DNA of 64,000 nt from a virus (IMGVR_UViG_3300017708_002392:5943-69942); one strand, 5' to 3'. Shown: positions 9,648 through 19,988, counted from the first letter of the stretch. The notes: generated from the letters alone by a model not told the origin. Program-made: numbers and translations.

Positions 9648-10628
9648 CTAATCTTCGCGGTGTAATGGCAGTGTAATACAGGTCAATCCAGATCCAAAGA
9701 AATGGCTATGCTCAAAATTCACAAATTCTATATCAAAATTGTGCTGTTCTAAATTTTGTATGAAGTTTTTTTGTAGTTTTTTTGATGTGTCTGTCATTAA
9801 AATTGTAGACTGATCTATGCTCAAACTATTCACTGCTAACACAGAATTTTCTTGGTCATCATCTTGCAATCTGCTGTCTATGAATTCTGTTGGTTGCGTA
9901 ACATGATCAACCTGAATAAATGACCAATTGTCAAAGTAAGCGGGAAAATCTTCTTTGGCATGAAACGTTGCAACTACTCCGGGTCGCAATATGTTGAAGT
10001 GACAGTCTAGGTGCCCTGCAAATTTTGTAGGATCCATTTCAATAAATTTTTTACCTGGCAAAATATTTTTCATCCATTCGTAACCTAAGTCGTTGCTGGC
10101 CCCCACCATGCTGACAAAAACATAATCATCATGAATGTACAAACAAGGACCATCGATGATAGGATCTAAATTTGGTATATCTTGATCCATAAGATCTATT
10201 TCATTCACATCATGCAAAGGCATTGGCATAGTCAGCCAATTGTTGCCTTCTGCCAGTGCAGAACGCATTATGTCTCTCCAATACATGCCAGTAAAAGATG
10301 CTTCCTTGGTCCAACTTGCTGTTTCTATTATTGTGTTGTCTACAACAAAAAAATTATCTGCAGGATTCAAAGGAATTCTATGCCCTATGGTATCAAAGTA
10401 TGGTGTGACTAGTTTTTTATCACAGTTTAAACTTTTTGGACGAAATATTTTTACACCTAATGTTTCTAATTTATTTTGTATTTTATCAAGATCGACTTCT
10501 GCACGTTCAAGCATCACTTGAAGTTTTGTTTTTTTGTATTCATCCATTTGAGACAACACACTAAAATCAACGTTGCCTAACATACAACTTTTAAGTTTTT
10601 CGTAATGATTATGTATTTTAATTTTCAT
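9648..10628 (-). CDS. amidinotransferase (pentein superfamily)
   Basis: LETLGVKIFRP, GHLDCHFNILRPG (catalytic His) and C-terminal FFGSGLTCITLPLHRE (catalytic Cys). Confidence 0.8.
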   Translation of the reverse strand: MKIKIHNHYEKLKSCMLGNVDFSVLSQMDEYKKTKLQVMLERAEVDLDKIQNKLETLGVKIFRPKSLNCDKKLVTPYFDTIGHRIPLNPADNFFVVDNTIIETASWTKEASFTGMYWRDIMRSALAEGNNWLTMPMPLHDVNEIDLMDQDIPNLDPIIDGPCLYIHDDYVFVSMVGASNDLGYEWMKNILPGKKFIEMDPTKFAGHLDCHFNILRPGVVATFHAKEDFPAYFDNWSFIQVDHVTQPTEFIDSRLQDDDQENSVLAVNSLSIDQSTILMTDTSKKLQKNFIQNLEQHNFDIEFVNFEHSHFFGSGLTCITLPLHRED

Positions 10629-11172
10629 TTCTAGACCATTGATATTTTATTTTGTCTTTGTCTTCGAATATAAAGGGAGTCTTGAGCCAAGCAATTCTTT
10701 CTTGTTCTGCTTCTTCACACAAATATTGTTTTGATTTATCTGCACCACTAAAATATTCATATATGATTTGGCCGAACCAACCAAAATGTGCATTGTTGTT
10801 GACATGTATAACTTCTTGATATTTTTTTTGTTCTTTGTCTGACAAAGTTTGCCACCAATCTTGATTAATTTTTGGATCATAATAATTGTGCAATATATCA
10901 AGTTTATATCCTTGAACATCTATGCTGTTTATTTTTAGATATCTGTGTTCACTTTCTTTGCCACCATCATAATCTATACAAATAACATTCTTACCACCAT
11001 CAGGTACAGCATGTTCAAAATGCACTACTTCATTTGTTTTGTCTCCTGGTGCATATGCTTTTTGATGCACTATGGTATTATTAAATTTTATAGTAACAGA
11101 TGTAGGAGACACATCATGGAAAATATCAAAATCAATTTTGTGATTGTATACTAATTGGAAGTTGCTGTGCAT
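10618..11172 (-). CDS. hypothetical protein
   Basis: 184 aa; overlaps both neighbours. Confidence 0.7.
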   Translation of the reverse strand: MHSNFQLVYNHKIDFDIFHDVSPTSVTIKFNNTIVHQKAYAPGDKTNEVVHFEHAVPDGGKNVICIDYDGGKESEHRYLKINSIDVQGYKLDILHNYYDPKINQDWWQTLSDKEQKKYQEVIHVNNNAHFGWFGQIIYEYFSGADKSKQYLCEEAEQERIAWLKTPFIFEDKDKIKYQWSRNEN

Positions 11173-11831
11173 TTGTTGTTCAGTTGTTCATAAGTCATTG
11201 TAGAAACATTGTCCAATGTCGATATGTCACTAGGAATATTACCTTCTACAAAAGTCCATTGTATATCTGAATGCTCTCTAATAAATTGTGTAATTTGTCT
11301 GCCCCATACTGTTTGGTGCACCACTGTTTCCGCACTGTCATAAGCATTAGTTCCAGTATACACATTTAAATTTGGACCGTCTTCTGCACAATCAAAACCT
11401 AAACATATTAAATTTGTATGTCCATCATGTATTGCAATATGCATGGCGGTGGTGCCTGCTCCCATGTGTGGATTCTCAGGTATCAAATGACTACTGCCTC
11501 CCAGTCTAGTCATATTAAAATGGTTGGTGTATACAATGTTTTTTTCTAAGTATTCTGAATCTTTTATCTCTGTATACATTCTTCGGTCAACAACAATTAA
11601 AAAATCAGGTTCATAATCTCTGTACACAGCATTACATCCATAAGAGTCTTGTGGTAATTTGTATAGATCAAATCCTATTCTTGATGGACCATTGCCTATG
11701 ATATAAGCATCTTTGCCTGCAGGATCGTTGTTTACAGTGCGTGGCATGTACACACGTTCTTCAGTTTTCTTACCACCCTTGATTATGATTTTGGCGATTA
11801 TCTCTTCACCTTTGTATTCACTAAGTGCCAT
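11151..11831 (-). CDS. Maf/DUF115 (GT29/GT42-like) sugar-transferase-like protein
   Basis: Start reassigned to MALSEY at 11831 (TAATG overlap); AYIIGNGPSR, YGCNA, PDFLIVVD, GAGTTAMHIA and LICLGFD motifs. Confidence 0.65.
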   Translation of the reverse strand: MALSEYKGEEIIAKIIIKGGKKTEERVYMPRTVNNDPAGKDAYIIGNGPSRIGFDLYKLPQDSYGCNAVYRDYEPDFLIVVDRRMYTEIKDSEYLEKNIVYTNHFNMTRLGGSSHLIPENPHMGAGTTAMHIAIHDGHTNLICLGFDCAEDGPNLNVYTGTNAYDSAETVVHQTVWGRQITQFIREHSDIQWTFVEGNIPSDISTLDNVSTMTYEQLNNKCTATSN

Positions 11832-12325
11832 TATAAATTTTTTAAAATATTTTCCGCTGTTGATTGATCTATGTCTTTTTCGTCTACAAACATTGTTGTG
11901 ACTTGGCCGTCTTCTATTATTGCCGCAAAACGTTTGCAACGATTTCCAAGTACACCCATGTCTGTTGCTAATCCTATTTGTTCAGAAACTTCGCCAAATG
12001 GATCAGCGGCCATTGTAATCTCTGAACCTTCATGATTCATATAATCATCAAATGCAATCATCACAAATGGATCATTCATACTCATACAGATAATTTCCTG
12101 TATTCCTTTCTTGTACAATGCTCTTTCATGCTTGATAAAACCAGGCATATGTTTTTCTGTACAACCTGGTGTAAATGCTCCAGGAATTCCAACCAGCACA
12201 ACTTTGCGATCACCTATGTATTGATCTATGTTGTGACCTTCAAACGGAGGTCCTTCTTCATCGTGTGTTGGTATGAATACTTCTCCTGTTGGCATACCAT
12301 AACTGTGAAATTCAAATAATGACAT
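11831..12325 (-). CDS. peroxiredoxin, Prx5 type
   Basis: PGAFTPGCTEKHMPGF, C.SMNDPFVM, RCKRFA. Confidence 0.93.
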   Translation of the reverse strand: MSLFEFHSYGMPTGEVFIPTHDEEGPPFEGHNIDQYIGDRKVVLVGIPGAFTPGCTEKHMPGFIKHERALYKKGIQEIICMSMNDPFVMIAFDDYMNHEGSEITMAADPFGEVSEQIGLATDMGVLGNRCKRFAAIIEDGQVTTMFVDEKDIDQSTAENILKNL

Positions 12326-12333
12326 ATACTAAT

Positions 12334-12789
12334 TTATCCTTTCTGTCTTAACCTGATGTATCTTTTCTTGGTAACAGATTCCCATTTGCCGGCTCCTGTC
12401 AATTGTTCTTTGATTATTTTTGGCACAACTTTGCCTACATCTTTGATGTGTGCATTGCCTTGAAAATTGTCTCGCACATGTTTCATTAATGTATTTTTTG
12501 TGTATGTGCTGTTGTTTGTTATGACTTCATCCATTATTGTTTTGACCTGAGACAAAGTTTCATACTTGTCTCCTTTGCCGTCATTCTTTTTGGCTCTGGC
12601 AAATCCTAGCCAATATGGCCTGCCTTCTTGTTCTGCTTTTAATTGACTGATCAACAAACGTTTCACAAATAATTTGCCGTCTTTTACTGCTTGTTCGTTA
12701 GTTGGAATCTCTCTGTGGTTATTCCATTCTTCTGTGGTAAATTCTGTGTCAGGTTCATCGACTCTTATATAGATATCATCTTCACTCAT
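12334..12789 (-). CDS. hypothetical protein
   Basis: 151 aa; ATGA overlap with the upstream glycosyltransferase. Confidence 0.7.
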   Translation of the reverse strand: MSEDDIYIRVDEPDTEFTTEEWNNHREIPTNEQAVKDGKLFVKRLLISQLKAEQEGRPYWLGFARAKKNDGKGDKYETLSQVKTIMDEVITNNSTYTKNTLMKHVRDNFQGNAHIKDVGKVVPKIIKEQLTGAGKWESVTKKRYIRLRQKG

Positions 12790-13481
12790 CGCCAGTGCTC
12801 CATTATTGTTGGATCATGTTTTATATCGCCCGGATCAGGTTTGCCGTGAAACACAGCTACACAACAATCATTAGGAATCGATGCATTACGTATTTTGTCG
12901 TTAGGGCGCCTTTGATCTTCCTTCATTAAACCTATTTCCCATTTGTAACTCATTATCCAATCATGTGGCCACATGCAAGAGTGCGGACGTTCTGCAGTCA
13001 CATAGTTTTGATCTCCTTGGTATGAGCTTTGTATTTTTGTTGGATTGTTTTTGAACTTGTGCCACATGTCAACTTCATTGCCTGCAAAAAATTTCATCAC
13101 AGATGAATTACGCACTTGATAATCTTTGATTCTGCATCTGTTGAAGTCTTGTATGATCACAAAAGCATCACCTTCAAACTCCCACAGGTGATCTATATTT
13201 TTCAGTATTACAACATCCAGATCCATAAAAATTACTGTGCCTTCTAACCCTATGTCATCTCTAAACATATGCACTTTATTCCACCAGGACTTGTATAATG
13301 GTGCAATAACAATTTGTTTAATGTTGGGATCATATCCTATTTTGTTTGAATCTGTAATCACATGAAATCGCACATCAGTTGAATTTCTTTTAACCATATT
13401 GTATAGTGTATTCACATAACTTGGTGGATACTTGTTCCCTGTGCATACACAAACAAAACTCTTTATCATATATGTGACCAT
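12786..13481 (-). CDS. GT-A fold glycosyltransferase (GT8-like)
   Basis: GNKYPPSYV, WWNKVHMF, FMDLDVVI (DxD), NSSVM, GDQNY and VFHGKPDP; true start may be the M of MIKSF. Confidence 0.85.
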   Translation of the reverse strand: MVTYMIKSFVCVCTGNKYPPSYVNTLYNMVKRNSTDVRFHVITDSNKIGYDPNIKQIVIAPLYKSWWNKVHMFRDDIGLEGTVIFMDLDVVILKNIDHLWEFEGDAFVIIQDFNRCRIKDYQVRNSSVMKFFAGNEVDMWHKFKNNPTKIQSSYQGDQNYVTAERPHSCMWPHDWIMSYKWEIGLMKEDQRRPNDKIRNASIPNDCCVAVFHGKPDPGDIKHDPTIMEHWR

Positions 13482-14365
13482 TGTCCTGTGAGACCGTCTG
13501 CTAATCTTTTACGCAGTCTTCTCCATGGAATCCCTTTTTTAATTTCGTCTACAAACCATTCACTGTAACTTAATTTGTTCAACCAGTGCTGTCTGTCAAA
13601 CTGTTTCAACACATTTATATCACCGTTAAGCGGGTTGCCTACTTCTCGGCACAACGAACTTTCATGAACCATTACAGGTACGCCGGCCAACACAGCTTCG
13701 ACAGCAGGATTAGAATTGTAATTGATCACACAATACGCATTGTCTAATTTATTTTTGAAATCAACAATATCGCCCTTTATAAAGTTTGGTGTGTCTTCTT
13801 GCACATTAGGAAATTTTGTCAAAAGCAATTTGATGTTTGATTTATGTCTAGGATGTTGTCGCACTAGTATTGGTCTATGACTCTGTGATCGTACATGTTC
13901 TAATGTGTCTTGTAACCATACCTCTAGAGGTCCACCGGTCCATGCTTCTGATTTTGTATTTTGCAAACAAATAATAATAGGACCACCTTCACCTATCCTA
14001 CGCCATGGTTGCATAGTAATACCAAGTTTTCTTACACGTGAATCATCTACATGGTCAACATCATCTGTAGCAAAATCAGCCACACTGTTGATTCCTCCTA
14101 TACCCATTCGCCATGTTTGGTTTCTCAATAGTCCGCCAACTTCAATCACAAGTATTTTTGCTTTGTCTTTGTAATAGTCATATATGGGTTTCCTGCCATA
14201 CATGTGAAGTAGCACTGACCATATGACTATTACATCTACTTCAGGTCGTTGATCGTTTGTGCATACAACATAGTCTTCATCTTTGATTGATTCTATAAAT
14301 GCATCCATGACAGGTTTTCCTGCTTGTGCGGCTGTGTCTTTGAATACTGCTATCTTCATTGCCAA
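13466..14365 (-). CDS. KpsC/KpsS-like (Capsule_synth) glycosyltransferase
   Basis: ICLQ...ILVRQHPR...INYNSNPAVEAVLAGVPV, matching the Capsule_synth/beta-Kdo-transferase C-terminal pattern. Confidence 0.7.
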   Translation of the reverse strand: MAMKIAVFKDTAAQAGKPVMDAFIESIKDEDYVVCTNDQRPEVDVIVIWSVLLHMYGRKPIYDYYKDKAKILVIEVGGLLRNQTWRMGIGGINSVADFATDDVDHVDDSRVRKLGITMQPWRRIGEGGPIIICLQNTKSEAWTGGPLEVWLQDTLEHVRSQSHRPILVRQHPRHKSNIKLLLTKFPNVQEDTPNFIKGDIVDFKNKLDNAYCVINYNSNPAVEAVLAGVPVMVHESSLCREVGNPLNGDINVLKQFDRQHWLNKLSYSEWFVDEIKKGIPWRRLRKRLADGLTGQWSHI

Positions 14366-15147
14366 TGCTCATGGTCCCATTTTACTTTGAGCGAGTCTTT
14401 GCTATTCTTTGCATCTTTTCTATCACCCTTCAAATGGTCCATGTATTCTCCTAATTCTGAATTAACAAATGGATGTTTTGATCCTCTGTACCCTAAAAAT
14501 CTACCATCATTCAAATCGTTGTCTAAGTATCTTGGTGTTGTATCTAATCGTGCCGCATCATACGTGAATGAGTCTGTAAAACCTTTTAAATTTTTCCACA
14601 AGTCTTGATCATAATATTCTTGCCAACGCGAAAAGAATTTTTTTGCATGGGGCAGTGCAAGATTGAATGTAATAAATCCTGTCTCGGAAAATCCTTTTTT
14701 GGGTCTACCTAGAAATGTTGAAAATTTATCTGCTGGAGCAATATGATCCAGCCAACTTGTAGGTATGTCCTTGTATGTGACTGTGTCAGCATCTACAAAG
14801 ATTAATCTATCAGTATCACATCTGCTTGCCGCATCTATCATGCAAAACACTTTCCAGGAAAATCTTACAGCATCATACTCAAATGCTGATCTCAAAGGCT
14901 TTGCCATTTTTTCTTTAATAAAATTATTGTCTTTATTTCTGTTAATAAATTCTTGCAACTTGGGTTGTGTCTCTTGCAAAGTGTAATATTCTGTGTTAGG
15001 TGCTGGTACAGATTGTGCAACATCATCTGGATAAAATATCTTCTTTACATCAGATGGCCAATGCTGAAGTATGGATTCAACACATCGTTGTCCATACACG
15101 TTCCAGTGCTTTGATCCCCATGTGGTGGTTACAGTAAAAGTCGTCAT
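14356..15147 (-). CDS. GT-A fold glycosyltransferase
   Basis: DAVRFSWKVF, IFVDADT (DxD), ETGF, DSFTYD and DHLKG. Confidence 0.8.
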   Translation of the reverse strand: MTTFTVTTTWGSKHWNVYGQRCVESILQHWPSDVKKIFYPDDVAQSVPAPNTEYYTLQETQPKLQEFINRNKDNNFIKEKMAKPLRSAFEYDAVRFSWKVFCMIDAASRCDTDRLIFVDADTVTYKDIPTSWLDHIAPADKFSTFLGRPKKGFSETGFITFNLALPHAKKFFSRWQEYYDQDLWKNLKGFTDSFTYDAARLDTTPRYLDNDLNDGRFLGYRGSKHPFVNSELGEYMDHLKGDRKDAKNSKDSLKVKWDHEHWQ

Positions 15148-15163
15148 ATAAGTGTATTATATA

Positions 15164-15784
15164 TTAGTTGATAAAATTATACAAGTTTTCTGCAATTAAT
15201 TCATGTCCTTTTTGATTTGGATGATATTTGTTAGGACTTATAAATGGATTGTTTTGAAACTTTGCAAGTTCTAATGTTTTTGTGTTTGTTTCTGCACCGA
15301 ACATTTCAGTTGCACTTTGTGGTATAAATTTTGTTTTGTCGATTCCGATATATTTCCAATCTATATTGGTCCAACCTTCTATGTAATAATCTTTGTAATT
15401 GAAATAATTGCACATTTTTTGCAGTGCCAGTATTGATATATTTGCTTTGTGGTAATCTAATTCATCTGATTGAACCTCACCAAAATAAAATTTTGTCAAA
15501 GCACTTTTATCGCCAGTTGGTCTCAATATTTTTTCATTACCATTTTCAAAATAAAGATATCGTGCTGGATTGGTTATAAAGAATACGCAGATACAATCTT
15601 GTATTTTTTGTTTCATGAATCTATCCAACTGTAATACCAATGAATCAATTGTACTGCCTTGTTGTGCTTGGTTGAAATATCTTTCAGTGCCTAGTTTTTT
15701 GTGCAACAAGTCTCCAAACGGCAATTCACCTTGTTTTAGTTCAGTGCCAACGGGCCAACTGTCTCCAAACACTGCTAGATTCAT
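15164..15784 (-). CDS. SGNH/GDSL-like hydrolase or acyltransferase
   Basis: VFGDSWPVG N-terminal motif; C-terminal HPNQKGHELIAE. Confidence 0.75.
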   Translation of the reverse strand: MNLAVFGDSWPVGTELKQGELPFGDLLHKKLGTERYFNQAQQGSTIDSLVLQLDRFMKQKIQDCICVFFITNPARYLYFENGNEKILRPTGDKSALTKFYFGEVQSDELDYHKANISILALQKMCNYFNYKDYYIEGWTNIDWKYIGIDKTKFIPQSATEMFGAETNTKTLELAKFQNNPFISPNKYHPNQKGHELIAENLYNFIN

Positions 15785-16464
15785 TGCATAGCCTCTTTGA
15801 GTCTTTTTACATCATCCGGGAAGAAACATTGTTTTGTTTTCTCATACAACCATTTGTCTCTATGATGTACAGAGTCAGTTCTGATTCTTTGTGCTGTTGC
15901 ATCTTCTGTAATTTTTTTTACTTTGATCATTACGTCTTTGAGAAAAATATATCTATCTACAGCCACGGCAAGATCTTTTGTGTATGCATCTAAAAACCAA
16001 TGATGAAATTGTGGTGGCCAAAAATAACCAAGTGCATCACGCCATGGTCTGGCAATAGTAGGGTGTGGACATGTCTGATGATCAAGGCCGTGTTGTTTGC
16101 CTGTGGCAGTGCCGATTGCAAATATGCCATCAGGATATTTTTCCAACTGCTCTAAGAATATTCTGTCCCACTGTGGTGTCACAAACTCTGCGTCATCACC
16201 TACCATTTTGTACATTTTGCTTTGTTCAGATTCTGCCAACACATTCCAGCTCATCACTGTGCTTCTGTCTATTCCTATTTCAGCATCACGTAATTTTTGT
16301 TGTTTGTATTGTGGCAATGCAGGATCGTCATTGTTCAAATAAAATTTCACTTTTATTTTATCTGGCCATTTGGCAGTGTCATATGCAGACTGCTCCATTC
16401 TTTTTGCAAGGTCTGGTCGTCCTCTGCTGGGGCAACAAATTGTTATATTAGTTTCTTTGTCCAT
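15781..16464 (-). CDS. GT2-like glycosyltransferase
   Basis: ITICCPSRGRP, YLNNDDP, MVGDD, WD, HWFLD. Confidence 0.75.
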   Translation of the reverse strand: MDKETNITICCPSRGRPDLAKRMEQSAYDTAKWPDKIKVKFYLNNDDPALPQYKQQKLRDAEIGIDRSTVMSWNVLAESEQSKMYKMVGDDAEFVTPQWDRIFLEQLEKYPDGIFAIGTATGKQHGLDHQTCPHPTIARPWRDALGYFWPPQFHHWFLDAYTKDLAVAVDRYIFLKDVMIKVKKITEDATAQRIRTDSVHHRDKWLYEKTKQCFFPDDVKRLKEAMQ

Positions 16465-17447
16465 GTTGCTGGTGTGTGTTCGTTATCAATTTCTATAGGC
16501 AAAGAGTAGTTGAACTTTCTTATGCCTCTTGTTCTAATGTATTGTAACGTATTTTGTATGCCTTCTGCAATAGAAACTTTGGTTTCGTAGTTGAAGTATT
16601 TGCGTATTTTGTCCGATGAGCAGGTAGCATATTTTACTTCTTTGGGTCTGCCTGGCATGTACTCATGTTCACCGTTGAACCCTGTTGCATTTGCTGTCAA
16701 ATTTGCCAGTTCATTTATTGTGATGTAATCTTCATCTGGACCCAAGTTAAAAGTTTCACCGACTGCTTCGGCATCGAAACAAATTTTATCAAACACTTGC
16801 AGTGTGTCATCGATGTAAGAAAAACATCTCATTTGTTCTCCATCACCATATATTATGCATGGTTTTCCTTGCAGGTTCCTGTGCAAAAATATAGACACAA
16901 CATTTCTAAACGGATCATCATACACTTGATTAGGACCATAGATATTGTGTGGCACAACAATACTCCATTCGATGCCATTAACATCACACAAACATTTTAC
17001 TGTATCTTCAGCGGCCACTTTGGCTATGCCGTACGGGTCTTCTGGTGCTGGTGTCATAGTTTCTGTAAAAGGTGGTTTTTGTTTGCCATATCTAGCCATG
17101 GAACTCATGTATACAAAACGTCCAATCTTATGCTTTATGGATGCACTAAGCACATTTACAGTAGCGTCAAATGTGTTTCTTGTTACAAGCACAGGAGATA
17201 CCACACTTAGTCCTTCATATGCTGTGCAGGCCGCATGTATTACCAGATCAAATTTTTCTCGTGCAAACAATTGATCTACACTGCCTTGATCACAACAATC
17301 TATTCTAAGAGTCTGCACTTCTGTAAGATTGTCATCATATCCACCTACTCCGTTGTCTATGCCGATCACTGTGTGTCCTTGGTTATAATATCTTTTTGCT
17401 AAATGTGATCCCACAAAACCCAATGAGCCTGTGACTAAAATTTTCAT
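16443..17447 (-). CDS. NAD-dependent sugar epimerase/dehydratase
   Basis: VTGSLGFVG, SSMARYG, YGIAK (YxxxK), HNIYGP, IYGDGEQMRCFSYI. Confidence 0.93.
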   Translation of the reverse strand: MKILVTGSLGFVGSHLAKRYYNQGHTVIGIDNGVGGYDDNLTEVQTLRIDCCDQGSVDQLFAREKFDLVIHAACTAYEGLSVVSPVLVTRNTFDATVNVLSASIKHKIGRFVYMSSMARYGKQKPPFTETMTPAPEDPYGIAKVAAEDTVKCLCDVNGIEWSIVVPHNIYGPNQVYDDPFRNVVSIFLHRNLQGKPCIIYGDGEQMRCFSYIDDTLQVFDKICFDAEAVGETFNLGPDEDYITINELANLTANATGFNGEHEYMPGRPKEVKYATCSSDKIRKYFNYETKVSIAEGIQNTLQYIRTRGIRKFNYSLPIEIDNEHTPATWTKKLI

Positions 17448-17989
17448 TCGTACACTCCTATTGAGGCAACCTGTTGATTAGGAGAACCAAGTATTTCTTC
17501 AACTGCTTGTTTGACTCCAGTTGCTCTGTGGAAAAAATCATGAAACAACATTTTTCCATCTGAAAGAATGTGTATATTTTTGGTCAATAGTTTCATCCAT
17601 TCGTAGGTATGATTTGCATCAATGAAAATTAAGTCATAAAATTCAGGTAAAGGTTTTTTGTTTAGTTCCATCACATAGTTGATTGCATCAGCAGTAACAT
17701 AATTTATATTGACGTCTACTTTTATATTTTGTTTTGTTTGCAAAATGTTTTCTTCAAACACATCTAAAGTTGTGATTGAACCTTTATTGCCTGCGTCGTA
17801 TTTTGCTTGGGCCATTATGCTTGTCGACAAACCATGATAAGAACCTAGTTCCAAAATGTTATGTGACCGGTATGCACACTCATACAGATAATGTGCTTCT
17901 ACAGGTTGTAACCAACCTTTTATATCAGATTTTATGACACCATTCTCAGTTGGCAAATGTAATAGACTTTCGTGATATTCATTTAACAT
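17444..17989 (-). CDS. class I SAM methyltransferase (Methyltransf_24-like)
   Basis: ILELGSYHGLST, YDLIFIDANHTY, LFHDF, GVKQAVEE. Confidence 0.85.
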   Translation of the reverse strand: MLNEYHESLLHLPTENGVIKSDIKGWLQPVEAHYLYECAYRSHNILELGSYHGLSTSIMAQAKYDAGNKGSITTLDVFEENILQTKQNIKVDVNINYVTADAINYVMELNKKPLPEFYDLIFIDANHTYEWMKLLTKNIHILSDGKMLFHDFFHRATGVKQAVEEILGSPNQQVASIGVYE

Positions 17990-18611
17990 AGATACAGTCT
18001 CTGGTTACTTTCACTGCTCTTTTGTATCCAAGTTCTACTAGCAAATCATGACTGTCGTTCTTTGTGTATCCGTATGCTTCCGAATTCAACACACATCGTT
18101 CTATTATAATCACAGGTGAACAACGCTCTAAAGTTTTCCGTGCTCCGTTTAGCACAGGTATTTCAAGTCCTTCTACATCTATCTTCAAAACATCTATTTT
18201 ATCGTAGTTGTGTTCATCCATTGTTTTCAACACAATATTACCTTCGTCACCCGGCCATACCCTTGTTGATCCCAGATGTTGCTCAATTGCCACAGCAAGT
18301 TTGCCTTTGCCTGGTTTGTCTGCTAGGCCATATTCATGCAGTGTGATATTTGATTTGCTTTGGGTGTTTATTTTGAAACATTCAATATTGTAATCAGCAG
18401 GTTCAAATGCTGTGACTTGGTCAAAGATGTCAGCATAATAGTTTGCCCATCTTCCAACATTACCGCCAACATCTATCATGTGCGATCTTCCTTGGGTTAG
18501 TTTCAATACTTGTTCATGAATTTTGTTGTCGTGTTCTTTGACGTTGCCGCCTACATGATGAACTGGATCGTCACCATCTGGAATATAATAACCGTCTTCT
18601 AGAAGTTTCAT
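17979..18611 (-). CDS. FkbM-family methyltransferase
   Basis: IDVGGNVG, AFEP, LKIDVEGLE..VLNGA...PVIIIE. Confidence 0.92.
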   Translation of the reverse strand: MKLLEDGYYIPDGDDPVHHVGGNVKEHDNKIHEQVLKLTQGRSHMIDVGGNVGRWANYYADIFDQVTAFEPADYNIECFKINTQSKSNITLHEYGLADKPGKGKLAVAIEQHLGSTRVWPGDEGNIVLKTMDEHNYDKIDVLKIDVEGLEIPVLNGARKTLERCSPVIIIERCVLNSEAYGYTKNDSHDLLVELGYKRAVKVTRDCIYVK

Positions 18612-19330
18612 CTAAGTTTTGTATCCATCACATTTACTTTTGGTTCCCAACCTAAAGCTCTCAATTTTGATGATGGTAAAACATTAGATTCTAATTCAAA
18701 ATCTTCTCCGTCTGTGACTGGCACGTCGAAGCCATTTTTTGCAACCAGTTGATCAACTTTGAATGCAATTCCACAACCACATTCAAACACACCTTTTTCT
18801 TCTGGATTGTCAATTATGGTTTGTATAGCATTTACAACATCTGCAACATTGATAAAATCTCTAGTGTGCGTTGTTGCATATTTTACTATGCCCAACTTAA
18901 TCTTTGATATCAGCATAGTGTCTCTTGCTCCATCTCCCCACACAGTTGAAAAACGTAGACCAACTGAGTTTTTAGGAGCCATGAATTCATCCACATACTT
19001 GGATAGTGCATATGGATTTCTATGCCATTCTAAACAAGCAGATGATGATGCGTAAATTACTCTGATGTTATGTTCATCACACTGCTCAAACACTTTTCTA
19101 CATTTGACCACATTTTCGTTCCAATACAAATCAGGATTTTTAAAACTTTCTCTTATGTCTGCTTTGGCGGCTAGATGTATGCAAAGATTTGATTTTGGAT
19201 CAATGTCAAAGTTGCCAATGTCTTTGTTTATTAACAGATCCCAACAGTCCACTGTGTGACCATTTGCTTCTAGATGATTGCGTAAATGTGTGCCTATAAA
19301 ACCATGTGATCCTGTGAGTGTAATGTGCAT
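18608..19330 (-). CDS. NAD-dependent sugar epimerase/dehydratase (short)
   Basis: TGSHGFIG, IHLAA, YASSS, NPYALSK, LRFSTVWG, RDFINVADV. Confidence 0.9.
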   Translation of the reverse strand: MHITLTGSHGFIGTHLRNHLEANGHTVDCWDLLINKDIGNFDIDPKSNLCIHLAAKADIRESFKNPDLYWNENVVKCRKVFEQCDEHNIRVIYASSSACLEWHRNPYALSKYVDEFMAPKNSVGLRFSTVWGDGARDTMLISKIKLGIVKYATTHTRDFINVADVVNAIQTIIDNPEEKGVFECGCGIAFKVDQLVAKNGFDVPVTDGEDFELESNVLPSSKLRALGWEPKVNVMDTKLR

Positions 19331-19334
19331 ATGT

Positions 19335-19988
19335 CTATATATAGAAGTTTCTGTTGGATGTTAATGATTCTTGATTGTTCACTTTGACTGCTCTTGGAGT
19401 CACTACTTGTATGTTACAGTACAGATCTTTCACAAACATGTCAGCGGCAGTGAGACCTTCTTCATATGCTCCACGTATTAACCGTTCAGCAGTTTTTGGT
19501 TTGATCACATATCCGTATGTGCCTTGTAATTGTTGTTGTCCTTTGCGATAGTGCTCTAGTTTTTCTATGCTAGGTTCTTGTCCTAGATCAGGATCAGGTT
19601 CTACAAACCGATGTTTGTCCAAATGCAGTAATTGATCAAACGGTGTTTTGTATGAGTCTGATACCACAATAGAATCATGTTCAAGTATGACCACTGTTTC
19701 GTCCAGTTCAACACATTTTTTCCACATTTCTAAATGTGAAATCATGCATCCTCTGACACCACCTTTATTCCATTTTATTTTGTACAACTTTGGTCCAGGA
19801 AAATATGGTTTCAAATTTTCTCGTTTGATATATTCATCAGCACGTGAAGGTGTGTACCCTTCAAACATCTCAGCGTCCAGTCCATGTGCTTTGGCACTGA
19901 CCATTGCATCAATAGCTGGCTGATGTGTGCTTTCAACTTCTCTTAAAAATAATACAAATGCTTTCATTTTTTTGTGAACTTTTCCCAT
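19335..19988 (-). CDS. GT25-family glycosyltransferase
   Basis: GCMISHLEMWKKC...VILEHD...GTYGYVIKP..AERL...ADM. Confidence 0.85.
   Translation of the reverse strand: MGKVHKKMKAFVLFLREVESTHQPAIDAMVSAKAHGLDAEMFEGYTPSRADEYIKRENLKPYFPGPKLYKIKWNKGGVRGCMISHLEMWKKCVELDETVVILEHDSIVVSDSYKTPFDQLLHLDKHRFVEPDPDLGQEPSIEKLEHYRKGQQQLQGTYGYVIKPKTAERLIRGAYEEGLTAADMFVKDLYCNIQVVTPRAVKVNNQESLTSNRNFYI

Noticed and set aside
11832-11939. N-terminal extensions given by the ORF track for 11151..11939, 22182..22952, 21158..21724, 46591..47196 and 47193..47603
   Set aside because: They overlap neighbouring genes or promoters; downstream starts (11831, 22859, 21194, 46606, 47558) fit coupling and promoter spacing better.
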